A DNA stretch of 64,000 bases from Octopus bimaculoides (lineage: Eukaryota), in the NCBI RefSeq assembly GCF_001194135.2, contig NC_068997.1:38929673-38993672 (forward strand), given 5' to 3'. The translations under genes were made by a program, and so were the position numbers. Under the pieces are notes generated by a model that was not told the origin of the DNA, did not search any database, and was given only the letters and a program-made list of their open reading frames with translations. Positions 13,860 to 25,424 of the stretch are shown here, in pieces. The stretch's first letter is position 1. Every line of letters starts with the position of its first letter.

Positions 13860-16310
13860 TGTAAATCTTCCACGGAAGAGGGGAACCGGTTTCCAACAAA
13901 GATACAAGGCTCCATCCAGACAAATTCACATTTGGAACTTGAGAAAAGTTTAGCATATTTTTACTGTCCCACTCACAGATTGCACTTGTAGTGTACGAAT
14001 CAGCCGGTCGATTTCTCTTTCTGAAAATCCCAGTTTATCCAGATTCTCCTTTAAGCATTTACTAACAAAACCTAGTGCTCCAATTATTATTAGTATGAAT
14101 ATGAATTCATACTCGGGATATAGAAGCTGGAGGTTTCGAAGCAGTTGTCCATAGATGTCCTCTTTTTCTTTGATTTTCAAAGAGATATTTACATCTGGAG
14201 GGCAGCTGACCTCTATAACGATACATACCTTTGCCTCTTTGTTCCAAACAACAATATCCGGCCTGTTTACATTTGACAGAAGTTTTGATGGGACTATTCC
14301 ATCAGTATTCCTTGAGTTGGTGTGTTCCATAACAGAAGGATTTTCTAAGTTTATTTCAGGACAGTGTTTTTTTGCAGATGACATTGTAAATTGTTTTAAC
14401 GATAACATCGTGCCGCATAGGGAGGTAATACTGTGACAACATTTTAGGACAGATGCTAATCACGTGCGTTATGTCTTCCACAGAAACATGACATAGCCTA
14501 CGCATGCGGCTGCACCTTGGGATTACAAGAGCGTCACTGTCTCTCTTGTTCACGAGGTACTTTGTGGCAATCTCCTGTTCCTGGATTACAAACACATAGC
14601 CTTCAAAATGTGATGTGATGTAGTGGTGTTGTGTCCAAGAGAGGCTGCGCTTCGTGTCAATTCTACTGTCTTCTTCAAGCTTCCGGGCAACATACCCATG
14701 CATAGTCTTTTTTTTTGTATGCTGAGTGCTTTCCATCCAGGTCTTCTTTGTGGTAAGAGAGCCCAGCTGTTTTGGGGCTGTACAGAAGATCATCTGGAAG
14801 AGAGTGCTTCTTGAGGAGCTCACTGCCAACTTGTATAATGTTGCTGACTTCCATTTTCAGCACTGCATTTATATATTTATTTTTGCTACTGTTGTTCAGC
14901 AGGTGCTACCTGAGTGATACCATACGGTATTCGAAGACCGTCTGCACTGATCTCAAGCCTCCATCACCTTTATTTCTTCTTAGTTAGAGCCTGTCAACAT
15001 CACTGTTTCTGTTGAAGTTCCCAGTTGTTGTCAGGATTTTGCAGGTTTTGATATCTATGGAGTGGATTTCCGGTACAGACCAATCAAGTATCCTAAATGT
15101 TGGGATCAGCACTGGTACTGCAAATGCATTGTGAGATATTGTTTTGTTGTAAGAGGAGAGTTCTGACTGCCATATTTTCCTAAGTCTGATGTAATATTCT
15201 CGGGTCACTCTATTGTTATTCACAGTGCCTTCATATGATACATTTTTGTTTATGCCTAAGTACTTGTGACATTCTTTGTGTGGAATGGGGGAGATAGAGA
15301 GACCGTTGATGCACAGGTTTGGGGTTTGGAGGACTGGTTTACCTCGTTCTATAACCAAATATCTTTTGGCCAAATTCCATGCCTATATCAGCTGAAAATG
15401 TTATTAATTCCAGTTGTTTGTTTTGCATTGTTAACACTTTTAGTATAAATCTTGAGCTCGTCTACAAAGAAATTATGAGTTACATTGATATTTCTTGCAG
15501 TTGAAAATCCTAGCATATAACCATTTTTTTTCTGCTGTAGGAACGATGGATTCTGTGTCAAAATGAAAAGAAGTACAGAAAGATTATCTCCCTGGAATAT
15601 TCTTTCTGAAATGTTTATACTGTCTGAAACAATTATTCTGTTCTCATTTGGAAGGGCGAAAATTGTTGTCCATGTCTTTGTGAGTCTCTCTATAGCAGCA
15701 ATTAGGGTGGTAGGTACTTTTGCCAGATGTAGGCACTTCAACAACCATGAATGAGGGATAGAGTCGAATGCATTCTTATAGTCAAGCCATACTGTCACAA
15801 GGTTTCTACACTATTTTCTTACTTCAGACAGTACAGCTTTGTTTATTAAAAGTTCTTCGGCACATCCCCACACTCTCTTCTTTACACCGACCTGTCCATC
15901 AGTCGCAATGTTGTTCGACTCACAATGGTCCTGGAGGAATTGATTGAGGCAACTTACGTACATTTTGTACATAATATTTAGGAAAGCAATGGACCTGTAG
16001 TTTCCTGCCATCTCAGTGATTTCATTTTTGGCAACAAGATTTGTCCTTGCTGTAACAAGCCAATTTGGTATATCAGTCTGACCTCCCATAGTCCTTTTGA
16101 ACATACATATCAACTGGTTTCTATAGAATATCAGCTTCTTGTACCAATATTCAACTATTAGGTCCCTTTCAGGTGCCTTCCCATTCTGCAGTTTGCCTAC
16201 TGCTATAGCGACGGTTTCTGCATCAATTTTGCATGTTTTACTGTAAGTGCTGGTACAGTATTCTCTCTCAGTTGTATTTAACCATGATACATTCAGTTTG
16301 AAATCCCTCT
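13860..16310 (-). mobile_element. R4/Dong-like non-LTR retrotransposon (RT, CCHC knuckle, restriction-like endonuclease), 5'-truncated and frameshifted
   Basis: Consecutive minus-strand ORF pieces: WLDYKNAFDSIPHSWL and IFQGDNLSVLLF..FFVDELKIY (RT), HKYLGI, RLCHVSVEDITHVISIC (CCHC knuckle), RPDIVVW..IEVSCP..KEKEDIY..IGALG (PD-(D/E)xK REL domain). Confidence 0.9.
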
Positions 16311-16314
16311 TTTC

Positions 16315-18070
16315 GTCTGTAGACGGAGACAACTATATAACAAATATAAGACCAACTTCATGACAAAGAACAGTAGATTACCCAGATTCTACCACCTCAT
16401 TAAAACACAGGGAACCCCATCGTCTCCAGCATGGAAGGACCTCTATATAAAATACCCTTGCCCTTTCCCACATCTGAAACCCGTACTCTCCATCTTTCCT
16501 GGACACGTCAAGAACTCCGACGAAGTCATCAAAAGACTGCGGCAACTGCACCCAGACCAATTCAGACAAAACAGATATACCTTTAGTCTTGATGTTGTCT
16601 CAATGTACACACCACTTCCAGCACACTCAGCAGTCAACCTATTGACTGACTGCATAGTAGCGTCCGACATCCACTACTTCGGATTCACCGCAGCTGATAT
16701 ACATCAACTATTGTCCATCATCGTGGGCAACACCTACTTCTCTTTCCATGATAAGACTTATAAGCAGACAACAGGTCTCCCCATGGGATCTAGTCTCTCG
16801 GCCCTACTGGCCATTACCTATATGAATCATCTGGAACGTCGAACACTCAAAAACTGCCACTCATGCGCCTTCTTTACCAGGTACATAGATGACATCCTCA
16901 TACTCACATTCTCCTGTGAAGAGGCCGACATGGACATGAATATACAGTTCACTATAGAACATCCCGACAATACTAGATCCCTATCGCTGCTCGACTTCCA
17001 ACTGAAACTAACGGAAGAAGGAGAGATCCACACCGAGTTCTCCAGGAAAGCAGCCAGCAGAGATATGTTTGTCCAGTACAATTCAGCACTTCCACTCGGT
17101 GCCAAAATAGGATACGCCAGAAATGAACTTTCACGCATCCAGAGCAAGTGCAGCAGGACAGAGGACAAGATGACCCACACCACACGCTTGCTAGATGTAT
17201 TGAAAACCAACGGGTACCTTATATCCATTGTGAATCGGCTTAAAGTACCCGAGACGAGAAACACGCCAAACACACAAAAAACCCAGGAACACATGCTTCC
17301 TTAAAATACCCAATTTTAGCGAGAGGATAACTACAGCCACCCGAAGAGCCATAAGAAGAGAAGGACTAAACATACAACTAGCCCACTCTGGCCACTCTCT
17401 TAGAAGACACCTACCAAAGAAATGAGCAAAAAACAGCAGTCAAGGTACACTAGCTAATTGCTCCATCCGTAACACAGATTTATGCCAACGGGTAAATATT
17501 GCATTTCGAATCCAAGGTAACAAATGCAAAACTTTCTATCAGAGTAGCACAGCAAGACCATTACACATTCGCATTAAAGAACATCTAAACACGCGAGCCT
17601 CCTCCTTCAAAAAACACTTAGATAGATGCCGGAACACCGACAAAAACATAACAGTCACAAATGAGGCCAATGGCAGAAATTAAGGAGGCTATCCTCATAG
17701 ACAGACTAGGGACCCAAATTAACAATTGGTTGGAAATTAATCACTATATAATTTAACAACATCGACACCCTGTACGCACTATGGTAACATGCTTGTGTAA
17801 CAAAACATTATATTAAAAAAATGCACGTATAATACATAACTTGGAATCAGCGCTGCAGATATGCCAACACACATGACCGCCCCCACGCACTTCTCATGAG
17901 AAATTCCGGAAGGGGCTTCGTGAGACCACTGCAGCGACGCTTCCGGCAGATTTCAGTAACCGTTGGAAAACCGACTATAACAGTGACTCCATTACTTCCT
18001 AGAAATATCTGAAGAAGGAATTTTTATATTCTGAAATATTATATTAGACTATGAATAATAAAACTAATCG
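16315..18070 (+). mobile_element. Penelope-like element, 5'-truncated: RT, GIY-YIG and terminal region with hammerhead motif
   Basis: ORF 16360-17304 has PRFYHLIKT, FSLDVVSMYT, KQTTGLPMGSSLS and RYIDD. About 17460-17630 translates to CSIRNTDLCQRVNIAFRI..CKTFYQSSTARPLHIRIKEHL (decayed GIY-YIG). An HHR motif lies at 18004-18045. Confidence 0.9.
18004..18045 (+). ncRNA. Minimal type I hammerhead-ribozyme motif at the PLE 3' end
   Basis: Stem I AATAT/ATATT; core CTGAAGA plus extra A; stem II GGAAT/ATTCT; GAAA; palindromic stem III ATAT; cleavage-site nucleotide T18040. Confidence 0.6.
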
Positions 18071-18248
18071 TAGCAATTATTATAGTCCACTCTGCATTGT
18101 TGTGCCATTCCAGACACATTACATTTCACAAACAATACACAATGCTTCCAGCGAACTACAATACCCTCTTATATAATCAAGGATAAAATCTATATAGGAT
18201 TCAATCAAGTAGCTAGCATGTAAAAATCAATGTAGGTAAAATTTAGTA

Positions 18249-18513
18249 CAAAGTATTTAATTTTATAAATATAATTATAAAATTATAAGGGAAACTATCG
18301 AATAATGCCATATGCTAGGAGAAGACGCCAAATGGCGATCTAGGGCTAAACTTCTTCTTCTTCTTCTTCTTCAAAAAAATTTTTGTTCATTCCCTTGCTG
18401 ATAAATAAAGTAGTTTTAGAACCATTTGGCGTCTTCTTCAAGCATGTGGCATTACTCGGTAGTTAAACCCTTATTATAATTTTATAATTATATTTATTGA
18501 ATTAAATACTTTG
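18249..18513. mobile_element. Foldback/MITE with about 100-bp imperfect TIRs and TA target-site duplication
   Basis: 18247-18348 is the imperfect reverse complement of 18411-18515 (for example GAAGACGCCAAATGG / CCATTTGGCGTCTTC). The ends read TA|CAAAG..CTTTG|TA. Confidence 0.75.
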
Positions 18514-18710
18514 TATGTATATATATACTTTGTATATATATACAGATACATGCATAAATACACACGCACGCGAGCATGGGTGCGTGCGTGCACACACACT
18601 CACACACACACACACACACTCATACACACACACACTCACACACACACACACTCACACACACACACACACTCACACACACACACACACATTGAATTTTTAC
18701 AAGAATTAGG

Positions 18711-18780
18711 GTGATGTTGGTCTGCTAGCCTTCATTAGACTGTCTAATAGTCTGACAAAAGCTAGCAGGCCAAAACGTCA
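18711..18780. repeat. Inverted pair of decayed hammerhead-like motifs
   Basis: The reverse complement of 18711-18740 (GTCTAATGAAGGCTAGCAGACCAACATCAC) aligns with 18750-18780 (GTCTGACAAAAGCTAGCAGGCCAAAACGTCA). The inferred consensus is CTGACGAAGGCTAGCAGGCCGAAACGTC. Confidence 0.55.
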
Positions 18781-19224
18781 TACTACCTGTTGCCCATCTT
18801 GTAAACGTTTAACAATCCTGTACTCTTCTGAAAAGTATCGAGTAAGTCTTCTGTTTAGTGTTATATTGTTTGTATATATAACTTTACATAAAAACAAACA
18901 TATATATATTTGTATTTGTGTCTATACATACAAATATGTGTGTGTGTGTGTGTGTGCGCGACTAGCGGTACTTCTTCTGGTTTTCAGGTCTCTGTTTTCA
19001 AATCTAGAAGTGGTCAACTTTATCTCTCAACCTTCGGGGAGCGATGAATAATTTAACAGTCAAGCCCCTCTTGGTGACGCCTGCATAATGCTGCAAGAAT
19101 GGTTGTGAGGTACCACTCACAAAGTCCCTTTTCTCCAGCAACCTCTTTCTATTGCAAAAAGCTGATATGTTGCTGAAATTACTCAAGGACGGCTCCATGT
19201 ATAATTCAAAACGGGAAAGAAATC

Positions 19225-19303
<79 letters not shown>

Positions 19304-19315
19304 GCATATATGGTT

Positions 19316-19965
19316 CAGGCGTGGATGTGTGATAAGAAGTCTGCTTCCCAACCACATGGTCCCGGGTTCAGTCCCACTGCGTGTCACATTGGGCAAGTGT
19401 CATCTACTGTAACCTCAGGCTAGTCAAAGCCTTGTGAATGGGTTTGGTAGGCGGAAACTGAAAGAAACCCGTCGTATATATGTATATATATATATATGTG
19501 TGTGTGTTGGTGTGTTTGCATCCCTGTAACTTTGCTTATAAACCCATTAGAGGTAGAATCAATAAAAGAAGTATTCCATCCAGTGAGAGATAAATATTAA
19601 TTTTATAATACACAACCGAAAGAGCTACTAAAAGCTTCATGCTTTTATGATTCTTGAATAGGTATATTTATAAAATACGCCCTGTATATCCGAGTTATCA
19701 AAAAAGCATGAAACTATTAGTAACTCTTTCGGCTGTGTAACAAATTGATATGTGTGTCTTTGTGTCTGTGTTTGTCCCCCACCCCCGTTCACAACCGGTG
19801 TCTGTGTGTTTACGTCCTCGTAACATAGTGGTTCGGCAAAAGAGTCCAATATTAAGTACCAGGCTTTAAAAAATTAGTACTGGGGTCGGTTCGCTCGACT
19901 AAAATTCTTCAAGACGGTGCCCCAGCATGGCCACAGTCTAATGACTGAAACGAGTAAAAGATAAA
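19316..19965 (+). mobile_element. SINE family 2 with an extra sequence of about 250 bp between head and 3' module
   Basis: Head 19316-19480 (GGTTCAGTCCCACTGCGTGTCACATTGGGCAAGTG), 3' module about 19750-19965, unrelated sequence in between. Confidence 0.8.
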
Positions 19966-20660
19966 CGATATATATACGTATGTATGTAATTTTCATTACA
20001 AGTACTCTTATAGGACGACTGTTGTTATATTCTGGAGGAATTCTCCAGAGTCTAGTCCTGTAAGAGTCATCATAAAAGAAAAGCATACTATGATCTTGAC
20101 GTATTGAATACCTTACTTTACCTGCGATTCTCTCTTTTCTAACGGAATCTTCAATTGACATTCAAAAGACACTAATTATATTCACATTACTGAATTGATC
20201 TAAAACTGTGTTGCAGCTGAAACAATTGCATTATAGAAGAGTAATGTTAGCAATTTTCGAATACATAAAATCCGATGCATTCGTATTTCAATAATTTCCA
20301 AATAGTAAAGTTGGTTTTGTAGTGTCAAAAAGTCGTCACAGATAGATACAAGTTGTATTGCATTTACTGAAAATCAGTTACTGGTGAGATTTGTCAGACT
20401 GTTATGTTGCTCTTTCCTTCCGTTGAGACTTAATTGTTTTTCCGTTGATTTTATTAATTATATTCCTCTTGAAGCCTGTCAGCCAACCATATCAACTAAT
20501 TTCTTTATGGGCAATCGTCTCTTCTTGAATGTGATATTCCTTTTCAAGTCTGGATCAGTGAATCTCTTGTAACTATTGTTTTTTTAGAATCATTTTCCGC
20601 TATATCATCATCCTCCCCCATTTTAATTTCCTATCTGTAATATTTATTAATTATTATCAT

Positions 20661-20664
<4 letters not shown>

Positions 20665-20720
<56 letters not shown>

Positions 20721-20732
20721 TATTATTATTAT
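20665..20732. repeat. (TAA)n/(TTA)n microsatellite
   Basis: Direct trinucleotide run that switches orientation. Confidence 0.95.
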
Positions 20733-21000
20733 TCTCTCAAAATGTATGTGTGCACGTGTGTGCGTGGTGTGAACAATCGGAGGCGTTGTTCGCGATGCAA
20801 GTCATAAATGATTTAGTAAGTCGATGTATTTAACCGTATTCTCAACCCCCACAAAATCCAGAACCCCCCACCCCAGAAAAAAATAATAAACACCCCGCCC
20901 CGAAAAAAAAAAACAAACCGAAAAAGAAAGCTATCATATAATTAGGTATCTAGTAATATATCTTACGACCTGGTCACTAAGATTTTGAAATTTTAACCAT

Positions 21001-21428
21001 AGGCGCAGGCATGGCTATGTGGTAAGAAGCTTGCTTCTCAACCACATGGTTCCAGGTTCAGTCGCACTGCGTGGCACCTTTGGTAAGTGTTTTTTACTAT
21101 AGCCTCAGGGCGACCAAATCTTTGTGAGTGGATTTGGTAGACGGAAACTGAAAGAAGCCCGTCGTATACACACATACACACGCACACACATATATACGTA
21201 TGTATGTGTGTCTATGTGTCTGTATTTGTCCCTCATCAGCACTTGACAACTAGTGTTAGTGTGTTTACCTCTCTCCCCATAACATTAGCGGTTCGGCAAG
21301 AGAATCGGTAGAATAAGTACTAGACTTCAAAAATAAGTCCTAGGGTCAATTTGTTCGACTAAAATCCTTCACGGTGGTACCCCAGCATTGCCGCAGTCAA
21401 ATGACTGAAACAAGTAAAATATAAAAGA
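21001..21428 (+). mobile_element. SINE family 2, near full length
   Basis: A-box-like TGGCTATGTGG, B-box-like GGTTCAGTCGC, CORE-like GGCACCTTTGGTAAGTG, internal (CA)/(TG) run, then the 3' module ending AATGACTGAAACAAGTAAAA. Confidence 0.85.
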
Positions 21429-23433
21429 TTTATAATTTGTTCATCTTCGTGCATTTTAATTTACAAACACCGAACAGAGGTGAGAGAATTTTCAATATTG
21501 CGTGTTTATTACTATGCTGCTTGCTCAAAGTAGCTTATGAACTGTTTGTAGAACAAATGAAATACCATTGGAGATGAAATAGTATTGTAGAACAATACAA
21601 AAATCAATTATTGTGTTTTTAATTTAAGCAAGGAAAAGATTGAGGTTCGGTAGTATAATTAGTAACATGGTCACGCGGGAAGCTGTATATATCCTTGGTT
21701 TAAGATCCGCTACAGAGGTTGCTGCTTGTTATCTGCCTTAAGTTTGTGTTTGTAATGTCTTATATAACTCACATTAAAAACATATCGGTTAACTTATTCT
21801 TTAATTTACGAATAGATTAGCATTTTTTCAGTAAATTCTACTTTTACTAAAAAAAATATAAAAAAGCTATAAAACAACATTACAATGAATTTGGGTATTA
21901 GTGACCCCTGTCATGACCGGATAATATCATTTAAATTTGTTCTTAGAATATGTACTGAAGCTTGAAGATAGAACATAGTCTTTAGAAAGGTGATCACCTT
22001 GTCTTTCTAGCGAAAGATAAATTGCTATTTCGTGCATGAGCGAGTTCATTTGATTAATGAATTATACTAAACTGGTGAGGCAAATAAGCTGAATACCTCA
22101 AACACATGTACAACTTAAAAACAAAAACAAACTTACGTATATCTCAAAATAGGGAGGGAGCTTCTGTTTGGTCACTGGACTTGCTAGAAGTAGCAGTCAA
22201 ATCTCATTCAGATCTAAAAGAAAGAAACGAACATACGGGATAACTCTCTTTTTTCTTCGACCATAGTCGAATAAAAAAGAGAGTTACCGCGACTGAAATG
22301 ACTGTACATGTAGGCCTGATCCATGAAGCGTTTGAGGCTGACCCAAAGTTAAACAACAGCAGCAGCTAAAGATCTAAAGATAGGGATGAAGAAGAAAGAG
22401 AAGAGATATTAATTACATGATAATTTTTAGTTTTGTTTCACCATGGATAAGTTCGAAACCCTGCCGGGATTGACATTGCTTTTCTTATCCTTGAGACCGA
22501 GAAAACATGCTTTATTTAGATGCGCCAATTCGATCTACTGTGTCTCACCTTCATAAATCTGGGAACATTTCTCAAAGGGAAATATCAATGTTTCATTAAT
22601 ATTTTATGATTTCATCATTTTCATTAAGTCAGAGTCTTGCAACAAAGGACAAAAACATGTCTAAGAGATTGAACTCTTGAACTCACACGATAACTAAGGA
22701 ATTAATTAATCTATGTAAACGCAAATTGTTGCAAACATCTAGGGTTAATATAAGGGCGATAACAATTACGATATTCTTATAAGATACCTCGTCTGATTTT
22801 TATTTTGAAATGCTTTATAATCTCGCGTAAGCTCACTTATTCTCAGCAAAAATTGAGACGAGTACCAATATTCCCAAGTGGTTCGCTTGAAGAATTGTGG
22901 AGATCTCCTTCACATGAAATCATTGGTTGCCTTGATAATCCACAAATAAAGAATGTCTGTCTTCCATTACAGTGTTGAGCACTTATTCTCAGTGTTCGAT
23001 ACTAGCGTGTATATATATATATATATATATATATATNNNNNNNNNNNNNNNNNNNNNNNNNNNNNNNNNNNNNNNNNNNNNNNNNNNNNNNNNNNNNNNN
23101 NNNNNNNNNNNNNNNNNNNNNNNNNNNNNNNNNNNNNNNNNNNNNNNNNNNNNNNNNNNNNNNNNNNNNNNNNNNNNNNNNNNNNNNNNNNNNNNNNNNN
23201 NNNNNNNNNNNNNNNNNNNNNNNNNNNNNNNNNNNNNNNNNNNNNNNNNNNNNNNNNNNNNNNNNNNNNNNNNNNNNNNNNNNNNNNNNNNNNNNNNNNN
23301 NNNNNNNNNNNNNNNNNNNNNNNNNNNNNNNNNNNNNNNNNNNNNNNNNNNNNNNNNNNNNNNNNNNNNNNNNNNNNNNNNNNNNNNNNNNNNNNNNNNN
23401 NNNNNNNNNNNNNNNNNNNNNNNNNNNNNNNNN

Positions 23434-23464
<31 letters not shown>

Positions 23465-24080
23465 ATATATATATATGTATGTATATAAGTGTGTATGTAC
23501 ATAAAAAATATTAATAGGAGAAGAAGGATTTATTACATATCAGTATAGCTGGTTCAACGCGTCATTACCAGCTGTTCATTGCCGAACGTTACATGTATTA
23601 TGCACAACATTACATGAGTATCACTCAGCAATAGCCGTATATACGCATCTTCAGGTGAATAGAATAGAAAGCCCTATTAATTCATATTTTGATTTTCCAC
23701 TTTTTATATCTAGACCGAAAAACTATTTTTAGCATTCTACACAAAAGAGATACAGAGAAATACAGAGAGATACAAATGACAAAAGTCAACAAAAATAAAT
23801 TAAGAGCAATAAAAGATAAAGTAACAGCATATCCGTTCAACGTAGTTTGCTACACACATTTTCACTACACTCTCTTAATAATACTAGCCATTTTGTTTGT
23901 AACTAACAATCAGGCCCTTTAAAGAAAACGTATGAAACCCTGTTCACACTTATTTCACTCTCACCTTCTATCTAATTCTTCTTGTTGCTTTTTTTTTCTA
24001 GAAATTCTTTCACTTGATCCCTCATCATAATTGTTCTTTGAAAATTTATCAATCTTCTTTAGTTAATTTATGTATTGTGT

Positions 24081-24325
24081 GGGGACCGACATGCCAAAAG
24101 AATAGACCCAACGTTTCCTCGGCGAGCCGTAAAAGGCGATTAAAGAGGTTGCTGTAGGATTTGCACTCCGACTCCATAAAACCCTTAGCAGCAACGACTG
24201 CCGAAGCAGATCCATGGACCGGAGGGTTGTCGCCTGAGTAGCGCAAAGAGCGTCATCCGCAAGGAGTAGGGAATCACCATAAAAATGATAGATGTAGCGA
24301 CGCGCTGTTACGGTGCATACCTCCA

Positions 24326-24396
<71 letters not shown>
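24081..24396 (+). mobile_element. Short GC-rich non-coding element with (TAC)n tail; putative non-autonomous RTE-type retroelement
   Basis: An island of about 245 bp that is GC/CpG-rich in AT-rich flanks, ending in (TAC)n at 24326-24396. It contains ribozyme-like motifs (see findings). Confidence 0.5.
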
Positions 24397-25424
24397 AGTT
24401 AATTTATGATTCGCTACAATTTGATATTCAGGCTACAATTATAAAAAGCCGGTGCTATAAAATAAGTAAAGCATCTTAATTCCCTAACAACCTCATTTAG
24501 TGCAAATCTCTATGTTTAATACTGTCCTAACCTATTTTTCACATGCATGTCAGAAAGGACCTTTCCACGCTATAGTATGTGAGCTCTTCCTTCTATGGTC
24601 ATAGCACAACTATATGTATATCATAACTTTTCAATTGTCATTTGTATTGCTTTTATCACCTTTGTTTAACGAGATGAATGCGGTTCACAAGTATCGTAGT
24701 ATTACACAATCATTCACGCTTATGATGCATCTGAACCATGTATTGTTGAAACGATCGTAATGAAGGAATAAATATATTAACACATGCATTCTTGGAACAA
24801 TTGTCTTTGTCTCTCTGTCAGTATGTTTATATGTATGTCCGATGACGTAATTCATGTCCAAATAGTATTTTCTTACACACATTTTCTATAACGAAAATTT
24901 CTTTCCAGAGACAATTTTCGCGGCAAAGGTCTCTCCATGTTCGAGTGTAAACAAACGTGTTACACTGTACATTTATATATTTCAATCGTCCTTGTTTAGT
25001 AAGTCTCCAAAGAATTAAATCCAGCTTGACAAAGCCTTGCACACAAAAAATGTTTTATTGGCTGTTTAAATATGAGGACAGTAGTTTATAGTGGGTTATG
25101 AATGATGGATTCGCTGTCTGTAACTGGTGACGCATGACGACGTGAAAACATGTCTCCCGATATCGGATCGTATTGTGGTTCAGTGGTATGTTATCACACG
25201 CATTATTTATGAGGAGAATTTATCGCCAGTGTCAGTTTTCGCGGCGGAGTTCTTTCCGTATTGAAATGTACACGAGCGTATTAAATATATTTGCACACAT
25301 TATTACGTTGCTATAATAGCAAAACAACCAGGTGAATTGAAGTAACCAATGGAGGCCTAAATATCTAGAAGGTTTTCTGTTGTGGCGGACACACCCAAGT
25401 GAGAAGTGGGCTGTTCCACTACTG

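Noticed and set aside
20000-20161. Minus-strand donor/acceptor pair defining a 64-nt intron (20058-20121)
   Set aside because: The spliced product hits a stop after about 15 codons or immediately, depending on frame, and the intron is very short. There is no other support.
21001-21070. tRNA-like A/B boxes here and in other SINE heads
   Set aside because: No complete cloverleaf; they continue into SINE bodies repeated across the window, so they are not tRNA genes.
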